From Raillietiella orientalis (lineage: Eukaryota), in assembly GCA_036172245.1 (NCBI GenBank), contig JAYWIR010000022.1, positions 2,232,001-2,296,000 on the forward strand: a stretch of 64,000 nt of DNA, written 5' to 3'. Positions 24,001-35,445 of this stretch are shown piece by piece. Each line of letters opens with the position of its first letter. Position 1 is the stretch's first letter. The translations under genes and the position numbers were made by a program. Under the pieces are notes generated by a model, which did not search any database, was not told where the DNA came from, and saw nothing but the letters and a program-made list of their open reading frames with translations.

Positions 24001-26881
24001 CAACGTCCGAGCTGAGAAGAAAAGAGAGTTCGTCGTTTCCCCGTCTCGGCTTTCTGATCCTAAATTGGCGTGACAAATGAGGGATTTTCGAACGTTCGCG
24101 AAAATGGCGAACGTTTGTGTCGGGAGACCAAGGCTGCTCCTCCAATGCAGTTGTCTCTGAATCGATCCTTCCGTCCCAAGAAGCTACCTGTCGCCTGGCA
24201 AAAGCCGAAAAGGCAGGAGGATGATTGGTCACCCCCCAGAGAACCGCCGGCGATCGCCTTCCACCGTCCTCCTGGAGGCTCTCCCTCTTCTTCGGCGGAA
24301 CGGGGAGATGCCACTGGCGTTACCCGGCCAGCAGGAGGAAGAGGGGGGAGGGAAAAAAAAAAAAAAACGAAAGTCGACAGCTCTCGTTCAGGCAGAGACG
24401 TCTGCGCGCGAAGAAGCTGGCTATTAATAACACTTTGGGAGGCTCGCCAGATGCTGGGCTCGCCAACGCCGGAGCGAGCGGAAGTAGAGGAGAGGCGGAA
24501 GGAGCAGAAGGGGGGAGGAGGGGAGAGGGCGCACTTTTCCGGACCCCTCCAGTGGAGGTACGTGAGATGCTCGCTAGAGGCCGCGGCGCTCTGCCTCAGC
24601 AGGTGCGCAGGAAGCGTGGAGCTCCTCCTTCCGGGACGAACCTCCTCCTGGTCAAATCTGGTCAGTAAAGGAAAACACCCTCTCCCTCTCCCTTCCCGCC
24701 GAGGGAGACGCGGGGTCCTCTTCTCTTTTCTTCGGGAAGCTGCGGGCTGTGGTTTTCCCGTCACGTGACGGACGGGTCACATCGCCGGCTTGATGGTGTA
24801 CCCTTCTCTACTGGAGGATACGGGAGGAAAAGATTGTTGGAGGGAAGCGGAGGAGTCGTGCATACCACTCGGGGTTTCGGAAACCTGGAAAGGCCTCCCT
24901 CGCTGGAACGAAAGAGAGGGGGACGCTCCGGTACGAAACGCAGCCGTACTCGGACGTCCAGGGGTTAACTCGCGGACGTCTGTTGGCAGCCTCCCAGTCT
25001 TTCATTGGAGGGCTGGTCAATGCTCTCTCCCCTTGTCGTTTTCTGGTGGTCCTTGGAAGGATCCTGACGTCACGCCCCCGGTTGCCACCCGAAGACGGAA
25101 GACGCCGCCGGGACGGCAGACGGAATAAATGGTTGCCTGAGCGAGGGGCGACGGCCACAGCCCCCAAGGGGAGAGGGAGGAAGAGGGACGATGCTCAGGG
25201 TACGCTCCTTTCACGTAATGCGGGGCTCGGGAGCAGCCGAAGCGTTGCTCCCCCTCTCCTCCTGCTCTTTTGGCCCCTGCCCTGCTCGTGAAGCTGCCGA
25301 TGGCGATAGCGTTACCCGCGCCCATCGCAGCAAACCAAAATGGGGGTCTGAGATCCCTCCCCTTCTTCAACCGCAGCCATCTTTCCCTTCCGCTGCTCCC
25401 TCTTCTCTCCGACGCCCCCTGTCAGGGCAGTGGGACGGTTTTTTCCGGACGTTTCTCTGCAGCAGCCGTTCCTGGACGTCTTGCCAGGAGTCGCGGTCAG
25501 GCATAGAGAAGGGGGAGCAGAGCCCCTGGCGCGGTGGTAGATCTTCCGTCGGGTCCCTGGCGGCAGAGGGGGCGGTCACGAGGCGCCGGAGATGCTCGCG
25601 GAGCCTCACGGACGGACGCTTCGCGGCCACGCGAGACGCTCTCCCTCTTCCTTGCCTTCTTCCCAGGCGGGAAGGGCCGGACTGCCCTTCTAAAGGAAGC
25701 AGTTCGGGACGGAGGGTTCCCGGGGGGTCTCCGGGTGAGTGAGGCCCGGAGGGAGGAGGAAAGGGGGCACCCTCTGCATTGCGGCGGTTCGAGACGGACT
25801 GCTTTCCTGCGCTCAGGGACTCCCCGCGAACCCGCGCCGGAAGCCGGAGCCCGTCCGGCAGAGACCAGCAGCCCCTGACCCGGGGCCCAAGCCTCCGTCG
25901 ATCGAGAAGCGGAGTCGCTCGCGCGGTCGCGACGCGTCCCCGAAAGGTTCCCCACTGGCACCAGCCTGCGCGATGCGCAGCGGTGCGCAGGAAGTCATGG
26001 AAAAGAGAAAAAAATGATAATAGGGGCGGTCCTACGGAAGCACACACGCGAAGCGGTGACCCTGCCGTGTGGCTCGCTAGCGCCATCTTCGAAGAGAGTG
26101 CGAAGAGAGTCCTCACCCCCCCGCCGCTTGCTTTCCACTGAACGCTCCGTATCCTTGGACGCGAGGGACGAACCGCGGGAACCCCAGCAAGCAAGCTGGA
26201 GCATCCTGGGCTCCTGGGAGATTGGGGTCTCCTGACCCACACCCTTCTGGGGGGTAGGAGGCGTTCTCCCTCGGCCGTGGGGATGGGGGTGCATCCTCAC
26301 TCCGGGACTTTGCAAGGGACGAAAGAAGTCCGTCATCACGGGAACCGCAAGTCCCCCCCCCCTCCCTGTCCGCCATTGATTTTTCATTTTCCGTTGGTCC
26401 GCCGCCGATGCGGTCTTCGCGCGCGCCTTCTGCCGGTGCCCCCCCCCACTTCTCCTCGGCGCCGCGGGCGACGTCGATTTCCTCGCGGGACGATCCGAAA
26501 AGCAGCCACTTCGTACTCACCCGGATGCAGGAAATTCGTGTTCCCGAAAATTCCCGGAAGACGCTCTGTTTCCATTCCATCCAATTTGCTCCGGAGGAGA
26601 TCGCCAGCGAGGAAGGGAAGGAGGAGGGAAGAAAAATTAAAAACCTACGGAAGAGAGACGAAAGAGAACGGGGGAGGGAGGGAACGGAGGACGGAGTGCG
26701 AGAGAGGCCGCTGTGAAGGGGGGGGGGGGAATTTTTTCTTTGCTTCCTTCCTGTGTCCCCGAGAGCATCCCTGCGCCTCCGAGCTGCGCGTTCCGTCTAC
26801 CACGGGCGGCGCTTCCCGAGGACCCAGCAGGAGGAGGGGAGGGAGGAAGGAGATCCATCGCAGTCGCTCGCCTCCGGTTCT

Positions 26882-26918
26882 TATAAACAGAGGGCGCTCC
26901 GCTCGGTTCTGCTCAGTC
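26882..26918 (+). promoter_or_regulatory. Core promoter: TATA box plus initiator
   Basis: TATAAA at 26882-26887 and TCAGTC at 26913-26918 (arthropod-type Inr consensus TCAGTY), about 30 nt apart and ~115 nt upstream of the ATG. Confidence 0.65.
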
Positions 26919-27028
26919 GGCGTTCGTACCGTCGTGCGTGCGAACGAGCGTGCGTGCGTGCGTGCCAGGTGGTTGTGCGCGGTGCGGGCCATGTGTGCGA
27001 CGGAAGGAACCTGGTCCCCGGAATTGAG

Positions 27029-27137
27029 ATGTCCTTTTTTGCCAACGTTGTAAGAGATGGAATAAATCAGGTTAACGATGCTGGGTATGATGAAACACAT
27101 TGTGACAGTGAAAACATGTTCAGAAAGTGGGTCACAG
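27029..27137 (+). CDS. yqjG-like: Glutathionyl-hydroquinone reductase (Xi-class GST, YqjG/ECM4 family), coding exon 1
   Basis: ATG at 27029 encodes MSFFANVVRDGINQVNDAGYDETHCDSENMFRKWVT; FRxWVT matches the family N-terminal FRNW(I/V)T motif. Donor CAG|gtaatg at 27138. 109 nt, phase 1, compatible with exon 2. Confidence 0.85.
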
Positions 27138-27856
27138 GTAATGCATTTTATTTTCCCCTTTTATTTTTGTTTTTTTTTTTTTTCTTTTGTTTTTGCGTCT
27201 CGAGAATCATGGGGTGGGTGCTGCCCTCAGCATGCGGAAATTTTTCGTCATTAATCACGTTATCTCCTCTCCCCTCCCTCCCCCCCTAAGTGGTGTGGAT
27301 GTGTATCACGCTTGTTTCCCCCTCCCCCCTCCTTCTTCTGGCTAATGTGACTTTTCGAACGCGTGCAACACGAATCTCTTGCGAAGCAGTCATTGTCAGC
27401 AAAAAATTTGGGATGATCTGTGAGGGAAACCGTAGCTCATCGTCTTTGTAATCACGGAATGATTTCCATGCTTCAGTTATTGATTTCGAGCTCTCGCCTG
27501 CCCGTGCCTCCCTGCTTGTCATGTGCACGGTCCCCCTCCTCCCACCCGTCGGGGTGGAGTGGCGCCGCGGGGTTCCGTGGGCGGGAGGGACCCCACCAAC
27601 GTGGCACCGCCGCCCGCCCGCTTTCATTTCCCTCGTGTGGCGAATCCTCCCAAAAGCTTGGAGGTGCTTCCAGGCGACGCCCCCCTTCCGGCGCACGCGG
27701 GCCGCGGGTGGCTGAAAGGTTCCCATCTCCACCATGGGGTACGCGCGCGTCTTCAGGCAGGAGAGGCGTCTTCCTCCGGTGCGTTGCCGCCCTGGGAAGG
27801 GGTCGTGTTCTGCCCACCGGCCGCATCGGATGCTCATGGAATCCTACGTCACTCTG

Positions 27857-27863
27857 GTTGTTG

Positions 27864-27895
<32 letters not shown>

Positions 27896-27904
27896 GGTGG
27901 TGGT
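27857..27904. repeat. Compound microsatellite (GTT)8(GGT)8
   Basis: Read directly from the sequence. Confidence 0.95.
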
Positions 27905-29399
27905 TCCTTCCAGCCGCTGGCTCTTCCTCCGCTTTGCTCGAGAACGGTGCGACCTTGGCAAGAGAAGAAACGCGTGATGCGCACGAAGCCCTTTTCTTCT
28001 TCTTTCTTGGTGCGGTTCGTCCACCGTGACGCCCCAGCGTGGCTTCTCTTGTTTCTGGTGATGGAAAGAATCCTCTTAGCGCTAAAGACTCTGACGGATT
28101 CTGGAAGGTGTCTTTCCTTATGGGTGGTCACCACCACCACCTAGTTTTTATCGGAGGACGTTTCAGAGCTTTTTGTTGCTGCTGCTGCCGCTGCTTGGGT
28201 TTCGGTTTCGGAATTTTTCCTTGGTGGAGAAGCCCCCCCTTCACCCCGTGGTTTTCGGTTTCACCCCCTCACCGTACCTTCCGAAAAGATTTTGCCCAAA
28301 TCTCGGACTATTGCATTGGGAGCTCTGCAAGGAGCTGCTGCAAAGCCAAAGGGAAAGAGAGAAAGGAAAAAAGGCCACACGTATTTGGCGACGTGGAAAC
28401 AGCGTATTTGGATTTAATAAAAAAAAAAACAGGGAAAAAAGGAAAAAAAGAAGCTCCGGCTTGCATTCATTGTCCTGGAAGGGAAAGAAATTCAATTTTT
28501 CTCTTCTCTCGAAGATGTTCGCGAATCGCAGTTGGCTTTCATTAAGTGAGAGCAGGCGTAAGTCCTGCACGTGGTACAGTCCTTTTTTTTCTTATAGCGA
28601 AATTCGTATTTAATCAGAAGGGAGAAAAGGGAATCGACGTGTCTTTTAGCGTGTTGCGCGGAAGCAGAGCTCGAATGCAGGTGGAGGAAGAGCCACGCAA
28701 TCTTCCTGCTGCTTCTTCTGCTCGATGCGCCCATGGCCATTTGAACCCCCCCAGTCCAGACTTCAGCACTTACTACACTTAATCTTCCATTTTTTGTCTC
28801 CCCCCCCCCACCCCGCCGTGCGTGTGTGTGTTTTTGAGGAATTTCTGTGGCTGTCGAGCAGGCCTGCAAAGGGAACAAACAAGCACTGCGCGTGTAATCA
28901 AATTTCTCCAGTCCAATGCAAATAGTTCTTTTCGAGATGGAGGCCATCTACCCCTCCTCCAGAAAAGAGAACGTGCCCTCCTCCTCCTCCTCCTCATTCT
29001 CCCTCGAACCGTATCAATAAATTAAAACAGAACAATTTGAATTAACGCTTGCATAAAGCGTCGGAGCTTGCTGCAGTTCCTTTCCTCACAAAAGGGGGGA
29101 AAGGAAAGGGGGGAAAAAAAGGAAAAAGATCCAGTTTCCTAGGGAACAGATTTTTTTTTTTTTTTTCCATTCCGTTCGTGGTGCTGTGCAGCTGAATAGA
29201 GATGATGCATTGTTTTTGTTAAAGGCGGCGTTCACGCCGAGGTTTCAGGTTCGCGTCTTAAAGGTCACACGGTCTCTCCGTAGTAGCGAGTTCTCGAGAG
29301 TGGGTTCTCAGAGCGAAAGCGCGTTGCCTTGGCTTCATCCCGGACCTCCGTGCTGTCTGTTCCGGACCACACAGCATCAGGCATCTGCGATTCCCATCT

Positions 29400-29750
29400 G
29401 AAGGTCCGTCAGCTCGTAGCTCCGCTGTGCAGCAGCAGCAGTAGCCGCGCGCGCGTATCTGCAGAGGAGCGAGCGCGATGGATGGATGGTGCGCCGGAGG
29501 CTGCTGCTGCTGCTGCGTTTGGACCAGCTTCAGAGAGCGGCTCTGCACCCCCGTGCGCGCGAAGCCACTGTGCTGCTCGCAAAGCGGACGGTTTGCTCAT
29601 ACCATGGCGCCAGATAAGAGATTCCACCGAACCGTTCCAGAGGGACCCAGCAGCTTCTTCGGAAGCACGCAACAAGTGCGAACCAAAGGTCAGGCTTGGA
29701 TCCTGACGGTCGGAATTCAGGGATGACGTTTTTGCCATGGCAGGCTGCAG
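29400..29750 (-). mobile_element. Ingi/Vingi-like LINE fragment
   Basis: QDPSLTFGSHL...LIWRHG..SALRAAQWLRAHGGAEPL (~LD..LTF..HL...WGA...LRT.ALAL.YS.AEY). Confidence 0.4.
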
Positions 29751-30949
29751 AAACTCTTAGGGAAATCGTCTTGTTGGATGGCGAATCCTCAAGGCGATGG
29801 ATGTATCGAAACCCCTTCTGGTTCGGAATTGTTCTGTGGGGTACTCGGTAATCTTCCTATCTATCCCTGAATCATGAGGAGCGATCGCTCGTGGCCGGTT
29901 TGCCACCCCCTTTTTTGGGGGGTTTCTTGTAGTAAGGGTGTTTGTCGGTGTACCTCGACGCATATGGAGAACGCATCTGAACCTTCCGCAAGCAGCTTTT
30001 CGCGAGGGCTTGCAATCAACTAGTTGTGTGTTTTGTGTATTCTCCAATGCGTGACGACCTCCAGCAGAGATCGTTCTAACCCTTCCTTCACGATATTTTT
30101 CGGTGAGTTACCTCTCGCCGTGTTAGACTAATGCTGGTGAGTAACCCCTAAATGTGGAAGCACCGAGAGAGCAAAACTCACCTCACCATTTAATACGCCG
30201 TTACGAACCATTGCATACAAGAAATACATTCCCTCCTACGACGTTGGTAATACAATTACATACGAGAGCACCTCACCATTTGGTGTTCGACGTGTGGAAT
30301 GTTAATCACGCGCGTTGTCGGTATTTGCGGAAAACGATGACAATCTCGAAGGGCATTTCAGAAGAAATCGTTGAAGGGAGCACCGGGCTGCTGCTGCTGC
30401 TTTTTTTGTATACTCATTGCTTTTAGACGTATACTGTGGTGGTGGGAGATGTACTGATTCCGGGCTGTTGCGGTTTTCGAACGAAGGGAAAAAAAGTTCT
30501 TCAAGGGTGGGCAATGGGCAATAAATATTCTTCTTTATTTTTTTCGGGGGAGGGGGGAGTAACGTCACTCACCCCCTGGTTCTGGAGATTTTTTTCCGTA
30601 TTCACGATAAGTGGGAACCCCTTTTCGTAATTGTAACGTGATTTTCACCGCATTGCCATTCCCTTAGCAAGGAAAAGAAGCAGAATAATTTCGTACCACG
30701 GAGAACTTTGACGGCGTCTCGGATTACATACTGAAGGTCTCGTGCGCAGCGCAAGCCAAGCTTTCCTGAAGTTGGGGAAGGGGAGGGAGGGAGGTGTATC
30801 CTGGAAGCCGTATGCTCGCCGAAGGACGTAAGGGTTTACGCAAGTAGTAGGGTGAGTCGGCAAGAGTAGGCAATGGAAAGGTCATCGCCAGCCTGGAGCT
30901 GCACCCCGCGTTTTCCTCCAGGGAAGGCAGCAGCTTTTCCAGCAGGAAA

Positions 30950-31400
30950 ATGCTACTCAAAATCGGCAGTTTCTTTCGGAAAATGAACCTTCGGAAACGT
31001 AGTTGTTGGTGTGTATGTGTACACTTCATCTCCGATGCTTGCGTACTTGTTACAAAAGCGGCGCGAATTATGGTTGTTGGGCGCGCAGAAGGACAGCGCG
31101 CGGACAGCGTTGTTTGCCTGAGGGTTCCTTCTCGAGAGGGAAGGAAAATGCGGAAAGCATCCCCAGCATCTGCCAAGAAGGTTCGAGATTCTCCTAGTTG
31201 CCACGAAAAAGATGGGTGATGATGCATGTAAACGTGCACCGTCCAACTACTGGTGCAGTTGAAGGTGGTGTAGCAGCTGTGGCTGCTAAATACTGACGGT
31301 GATAAATGTACTCGGATCGATCCCATTCACTCACTTTAGAACCGAAGGATAGGAGGGAAATTACGGGAAATCTTGTGGACAGCAGCGCCATCATCTGCCC
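30950..31400 (-). mobile_element. PIF/Harbinger transposase remnant
   Basis: VSEWDRSEY (~V.GWEGSAHD); TFLADAGDAFRIFLP (~YL.DAGY...FL.P); PNNHNSRRFCNKYAS (~P.N..E.FN.RH), across frameshifts. Confidence 0.45.
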
Positions 31401-31720
31401 GGTGCGCTGGGGTTTGCTCCTTTCGAAAGAGTGGTCTTCTTCCCGGACCAACGCATCCTGTTTTTTTCCTTCTTGGTGTTGCTGTTGGCATCGGATGAAC
31501 ACCGGATGCAAGCATTTTTTTTTCGTCTGTGTGCGTGGCGTGTCGACTTATGGGCGTAGTGTCGGTGAAGGACCCACAGTCGCTCATCGCATTGGCAAAA
31601 TGACCGAAATTATGGGAAACCGAGCTGCCAGCATGTCGGTGTCTTGCAATTCGTCGATTGTCTTGTTGATCGCTCCATGTCTGAGTTCCCCCCCCCCCTT
31701 TTTTTTTTCCCGCGTTTCTT

Positions 31721-31722
<2 letters not shown>

Positions 31723-31770
<48 letters not shown>
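31723..31770. repeat. (GT)24 microsatellite
   Basis: Read directly from the sequence. Confidence 0.97.
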
Positions 31771-31772
<2 letters not shown>

Positions 31773-32039
31773 CTCCATGTGATTGCCCTTTTGGTGTGGC
31801 TCTTATCTTAGAACGCTGGCAGAGCATCTGGCGTTCCCTTCATTTCGTGACACAAGGGAGCAAACAGAGGACAGCGGACGGACCCAACAACTGTGGTCCC
31901 TTGAAATTGCGGTAGCCGGAAGCCGTTCTGCCTAATTGGCGTTGTAAGCGGAAATTCACTTTTCACCTGCTGCACCTTCTCCCCGGAGTGGGTGGGGGAA
32001 TGGCCTCCTCCTGTGACCCGTTGTGCATTTTCTCTCCTC

Positions 32040-32700
32040 ACCAATTTCATGAAACGCGGATGATCCTCAACGGTGCCGAAGAGGGAAAACGCAGCGGTGA
32101 TTCAACAGCAAGTTCCTGATCTTGTCTTTGCCCGTCCTCGTTTGGCCATGCTTCGGAGAGGGAATGGTAGATTTCTCCTAGATAGGACGTCTATTGCGGA
32201 AGTAGGAACAACAGCTGAAGGGTCCAGGGTGCTTTCCATTTGCTCCTTTCTTTGTTATATAGAGCTCACTTGAGCTCACAATTACGTAAGCGTGACGTTG
32301 AAAAAAAAAAAGAACGTCCATTGAGGATACTCCAGGATTCTGGCTTCCTCCATGGTGCCAGGAAGGTTGGCTGTTCTCAGGGTGGCACAGGAGCGAAACT
32401 TGTGGTAAGCTTCAGAATGCTGCTCATCTTATCTTGAATACTCCTTCTCAGAAAATGATTAGATGTAATGGACTTCTGTCTCAGTATACGTTTAGGGTTC
32501 AGCAGCTCCGTTATAAACTTTTTTTTTCCTCACTCGTAATTCAGCTCGGTCAGTTTGTCTTGGATATTAGTTTTATAGTACAAGTTGCCGTTCCTGGAGA
32601 CGTTTATTTTGGAGGGAGACATTTGTTGCACGCAGGAGAGTGTAGAACATTTTTCATCCAACTGCATCATGAAATCAGGGAATGGCGTTCTCCGCCCAGT
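32040..32700 (-). mobile_element. hAT (Charlie/Buster-like) transposase remnant
   Basis: FMMQLDEKCS (~FALQLDEST); YFRNRRP (~NFIK.RP); NLLLNHRCV...AFHEI (~LL.HTEVRWLSRG...F.EL). Confidence 0.4.
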
Positions 32701-32989
32701 GATGAGAAAGCTTAGCAACGTTGCGGAACGGAGCACATTTCTCTCATGCAATTATTACTAACGAAGTATGAGGAAAGCTTTTCATACTCCATTCCTAATT
32801 TTCGTTACCAATTGAATTTATTTTTTTGTTTCATGATGAAGGCGTCAGTAATCGAAAAAACGTCCCCCCATCTACTTTCCTTTGGGTGTCAAATAGCTCC
32901 GTCGCACGTATCTCATGGAATTTCGTCATTTCATTTAAATAATTTCCACAGTTTCACCGTCGCACAATTATATGGATTTCGTTTCGTGT

Positions 32990-33500
32990 TCCCTGGGCTT
33001 CCGCAACGAAACACTTCCAAGTGCATCGTCTAATTCCCGAAACGGGACCAGCAGTCCAAGTCGATTTCCCGTGCGCAGCCGTGCCTTCTACTTCCACCAC
33101 CCGCGTTCTTCTTGCAGATCCTGGCGAGTACCATCTCGTACTACCATCGCGCGTGTACCTCTCTCCCACCACCTCTCGTAAACGTTTGCTTTCTTCGCCC
33201 GTTGCAGACCATGGCCGAGGATGCTGGCAGTCTGCCGCGCAACCCGAAATTCCTGCCTTGCATTCGTTAACGTGCCTGCCGACTCGATATTCGTGCAGCA
33301 CACGCTCCAGGCGAGATCCTCCCACAGTCGTGTGCTGCAAGTGAAGAACGAGCAGTGGGGAAACTTCCTGCCAAGAACACCCCAGAGGTGGCATAGAGGC
33401 TGCCCCCGCATTGGGGTTCGGGGTGTTTCATCAGTAAAGTTTGGCGATGGATATTGGCAAACAGCTTTCGACAAGATCAAGGCTAATCATGGGATTACAT
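32990..33500 (-). mobile_element. RTE-clade LINE 3' remnant
   Basis: LWGVLGRKF (~L.VFERK); EFRVARQTASILGH (~IK..RLRWAGH); TW...IRRCTWKCFVAEAQ (~W...DR..WR..V.EA). Confidence 0.45.
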
Positions 33501-34320
33501 CTTTGAGGAGGCATTAGAGCGACGAGGGCGCTTCGCATCCTTTCCGCTCTTGTGGTCCATACTGAAACGACGGGGAAGCGAACTTCCATGATTTGCTGGA
33601 CCAATCAGAGCTTAGTCAGCCTCTTGCAAGATAACTCAGCTCTAAGATCGTCGCGGAACAACAGCAACAACTGCACATTCATGTTTTATGTGGATTCTAA
33701 TTCGCAGAATTCGCATTCCAACTCAATCAGAGGCATCTGGTAAACAAAGGCAAGATGTGCGTGAGCGGAGGCAGAAAGAAGTTTTTGTTCTTCGTTCATT
33801 TCAAGGACCTTACGAGAGCGTCTCAGGAGAAACTCTCCTCTTTTACTTCCTGCGAAGGGGGGGGGGGGGAGGGGGTTCGTGTTGTGTGCAGCACCGTGTT
33901 GTCTGTCCGTCGCCAGCCTTCCGTCATCGGAAACCTGCGGAGCATCTCCGCGTAACCCAAGACCACCGGGAACGAAACACTTCATCGACCTGTGCGCCTG
34001 CGCGTGAGAACCGTGTGCATCCCGTGCGGCCCCACGATCCTTGTGTGTAGGTGTTTCTGTGTATTCGCAAATCGAAGGGGCACGTTCGCACCTTTCTACC
34101 GAGTGCCGTCCTCGCATCGGCGCAGACTCGCCCTTCCGTAAAGCTGCCCTTTGCCATTATCGGTGGAAACGCTTCTGCCCGACTGAAGCAGGGCAGGGGG
34201 CGTTCTTGAGCTGGGCGTACACTACCGAGCCTTGTACACTCCGACCGCCCACACACCGGACCAAGATCGATCGCTTGTACGTAAGGGTCCGCCGATGCTA
34301 TTTTTAGCTGCCCATTGTTA

Positions 34321-34347
34321 CCGCCGCCGCCGCCGCCGCCGCCGCCG
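34321..34347. repeat. (CCG)9 microsatellite
   Basis: Read directly from the sequence. Confidence 0.95.
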
Positions 34348-35049
34348 CCTTTGTCCCGTTCCTCTTCTTCTCCCCGAAGGCATCCTTCCCTCGCAACCAT
34401 CCAACCGTCTTCCTGGCTCGCCGTCCCTTCTCCGCGTCAGCCCAGCTTCTCTCTTCTCACGCTTCCTTCCCGTTTTGCGACTCAGAAATCGCGGGCAGCT
34501 TCATCCGGGAAGCCCACTGGGGGGTCACTCTTGGGGCGGCAGTGATCCAGCGTTCCGTGTGCCATGCTTGGACGGCGAATCTCGGCAACACTTTGCCAGG
34601 AGTGTTCCCAGCGAAAGAGTTGTGCGCCCGGCTTGCCGCTTTGCTCATTGAGAAGTCGATCCCCGTAACGTCGAGATCTGATGCGGATGGGAACACACGA
34701 ATCCGCGTGATCTCAACTTCAGAGCTGCCATTAATGAACACTCCGTTTGGAAAAGAGTGCACCGGAGTGCACGAGTTGCAGTCCGCCGTTGGCTATCATT
34801 TTAACCCGTCGGATTTCCCGATTCCTCCAGTTGAACGGAAGCTGCGTTCACGAGAACATACAGTTCTTCGGAGGGAGAATCGCCCCTGACGTTTCGATTG
34901 TGAGAAACCATCAAGCTTGCAGGCAGCAGGCAAATGGAAGCATCATGAGGATCTCCTCTTGCAGCCGTTCGGGACCAAGAGGATTGATTCGTTTTCCAGT
35001 AACCCGGTGCTTTAATTGCCTCGTTCGATTTAAATGCATGGCGCAGCTC

Positions 35050-35370
35050 ACGCGACAGGCAAAAGAAAAATATCCTTTCCACCACGAAACTTCATGCAGC
35101 GCGTTTTCCGCAAGCCATTTGTTCGCCGCTTTTGTTTTTCTTTGGCAAACACGGCGTTCCTCAGTTCGGTGCCGCAGGAAGAAAAACTTTCTCCGCCACA
35201 CTTCAGACTCGCGGGACTCTCTGCGAAACACATAACTTTTCCGTTGGATTCCTGCGACTTCACCAAAGGAAAGACACACCAAAAGCCAACCTCACCATTC
35301 CTCCGTCTACCAATCAATGCGCACGGCAAATTGTACGCTTTCTCGTGTACGCACAATATGAAGAGCAAGT
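35050..35370 (+). mobile_element. Helitron-like PIF1 helicase C-terminal remnant
   Basis: HITFPL (~RQFPL) followed by PINAHGKLYAFSCT (~PVFSHGQLYVALSRV); upstream AGL(S/C)..NT resembles GLCNGT. Confidence 0.45.
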
Positions 35371-35445
35371 CCACTTTCCCCATCAGCCCTACAGAATCCC
35401 CACGGATCCTCGGCTCCGACAAAAACGAAAGATTCCCCGTCCGAT

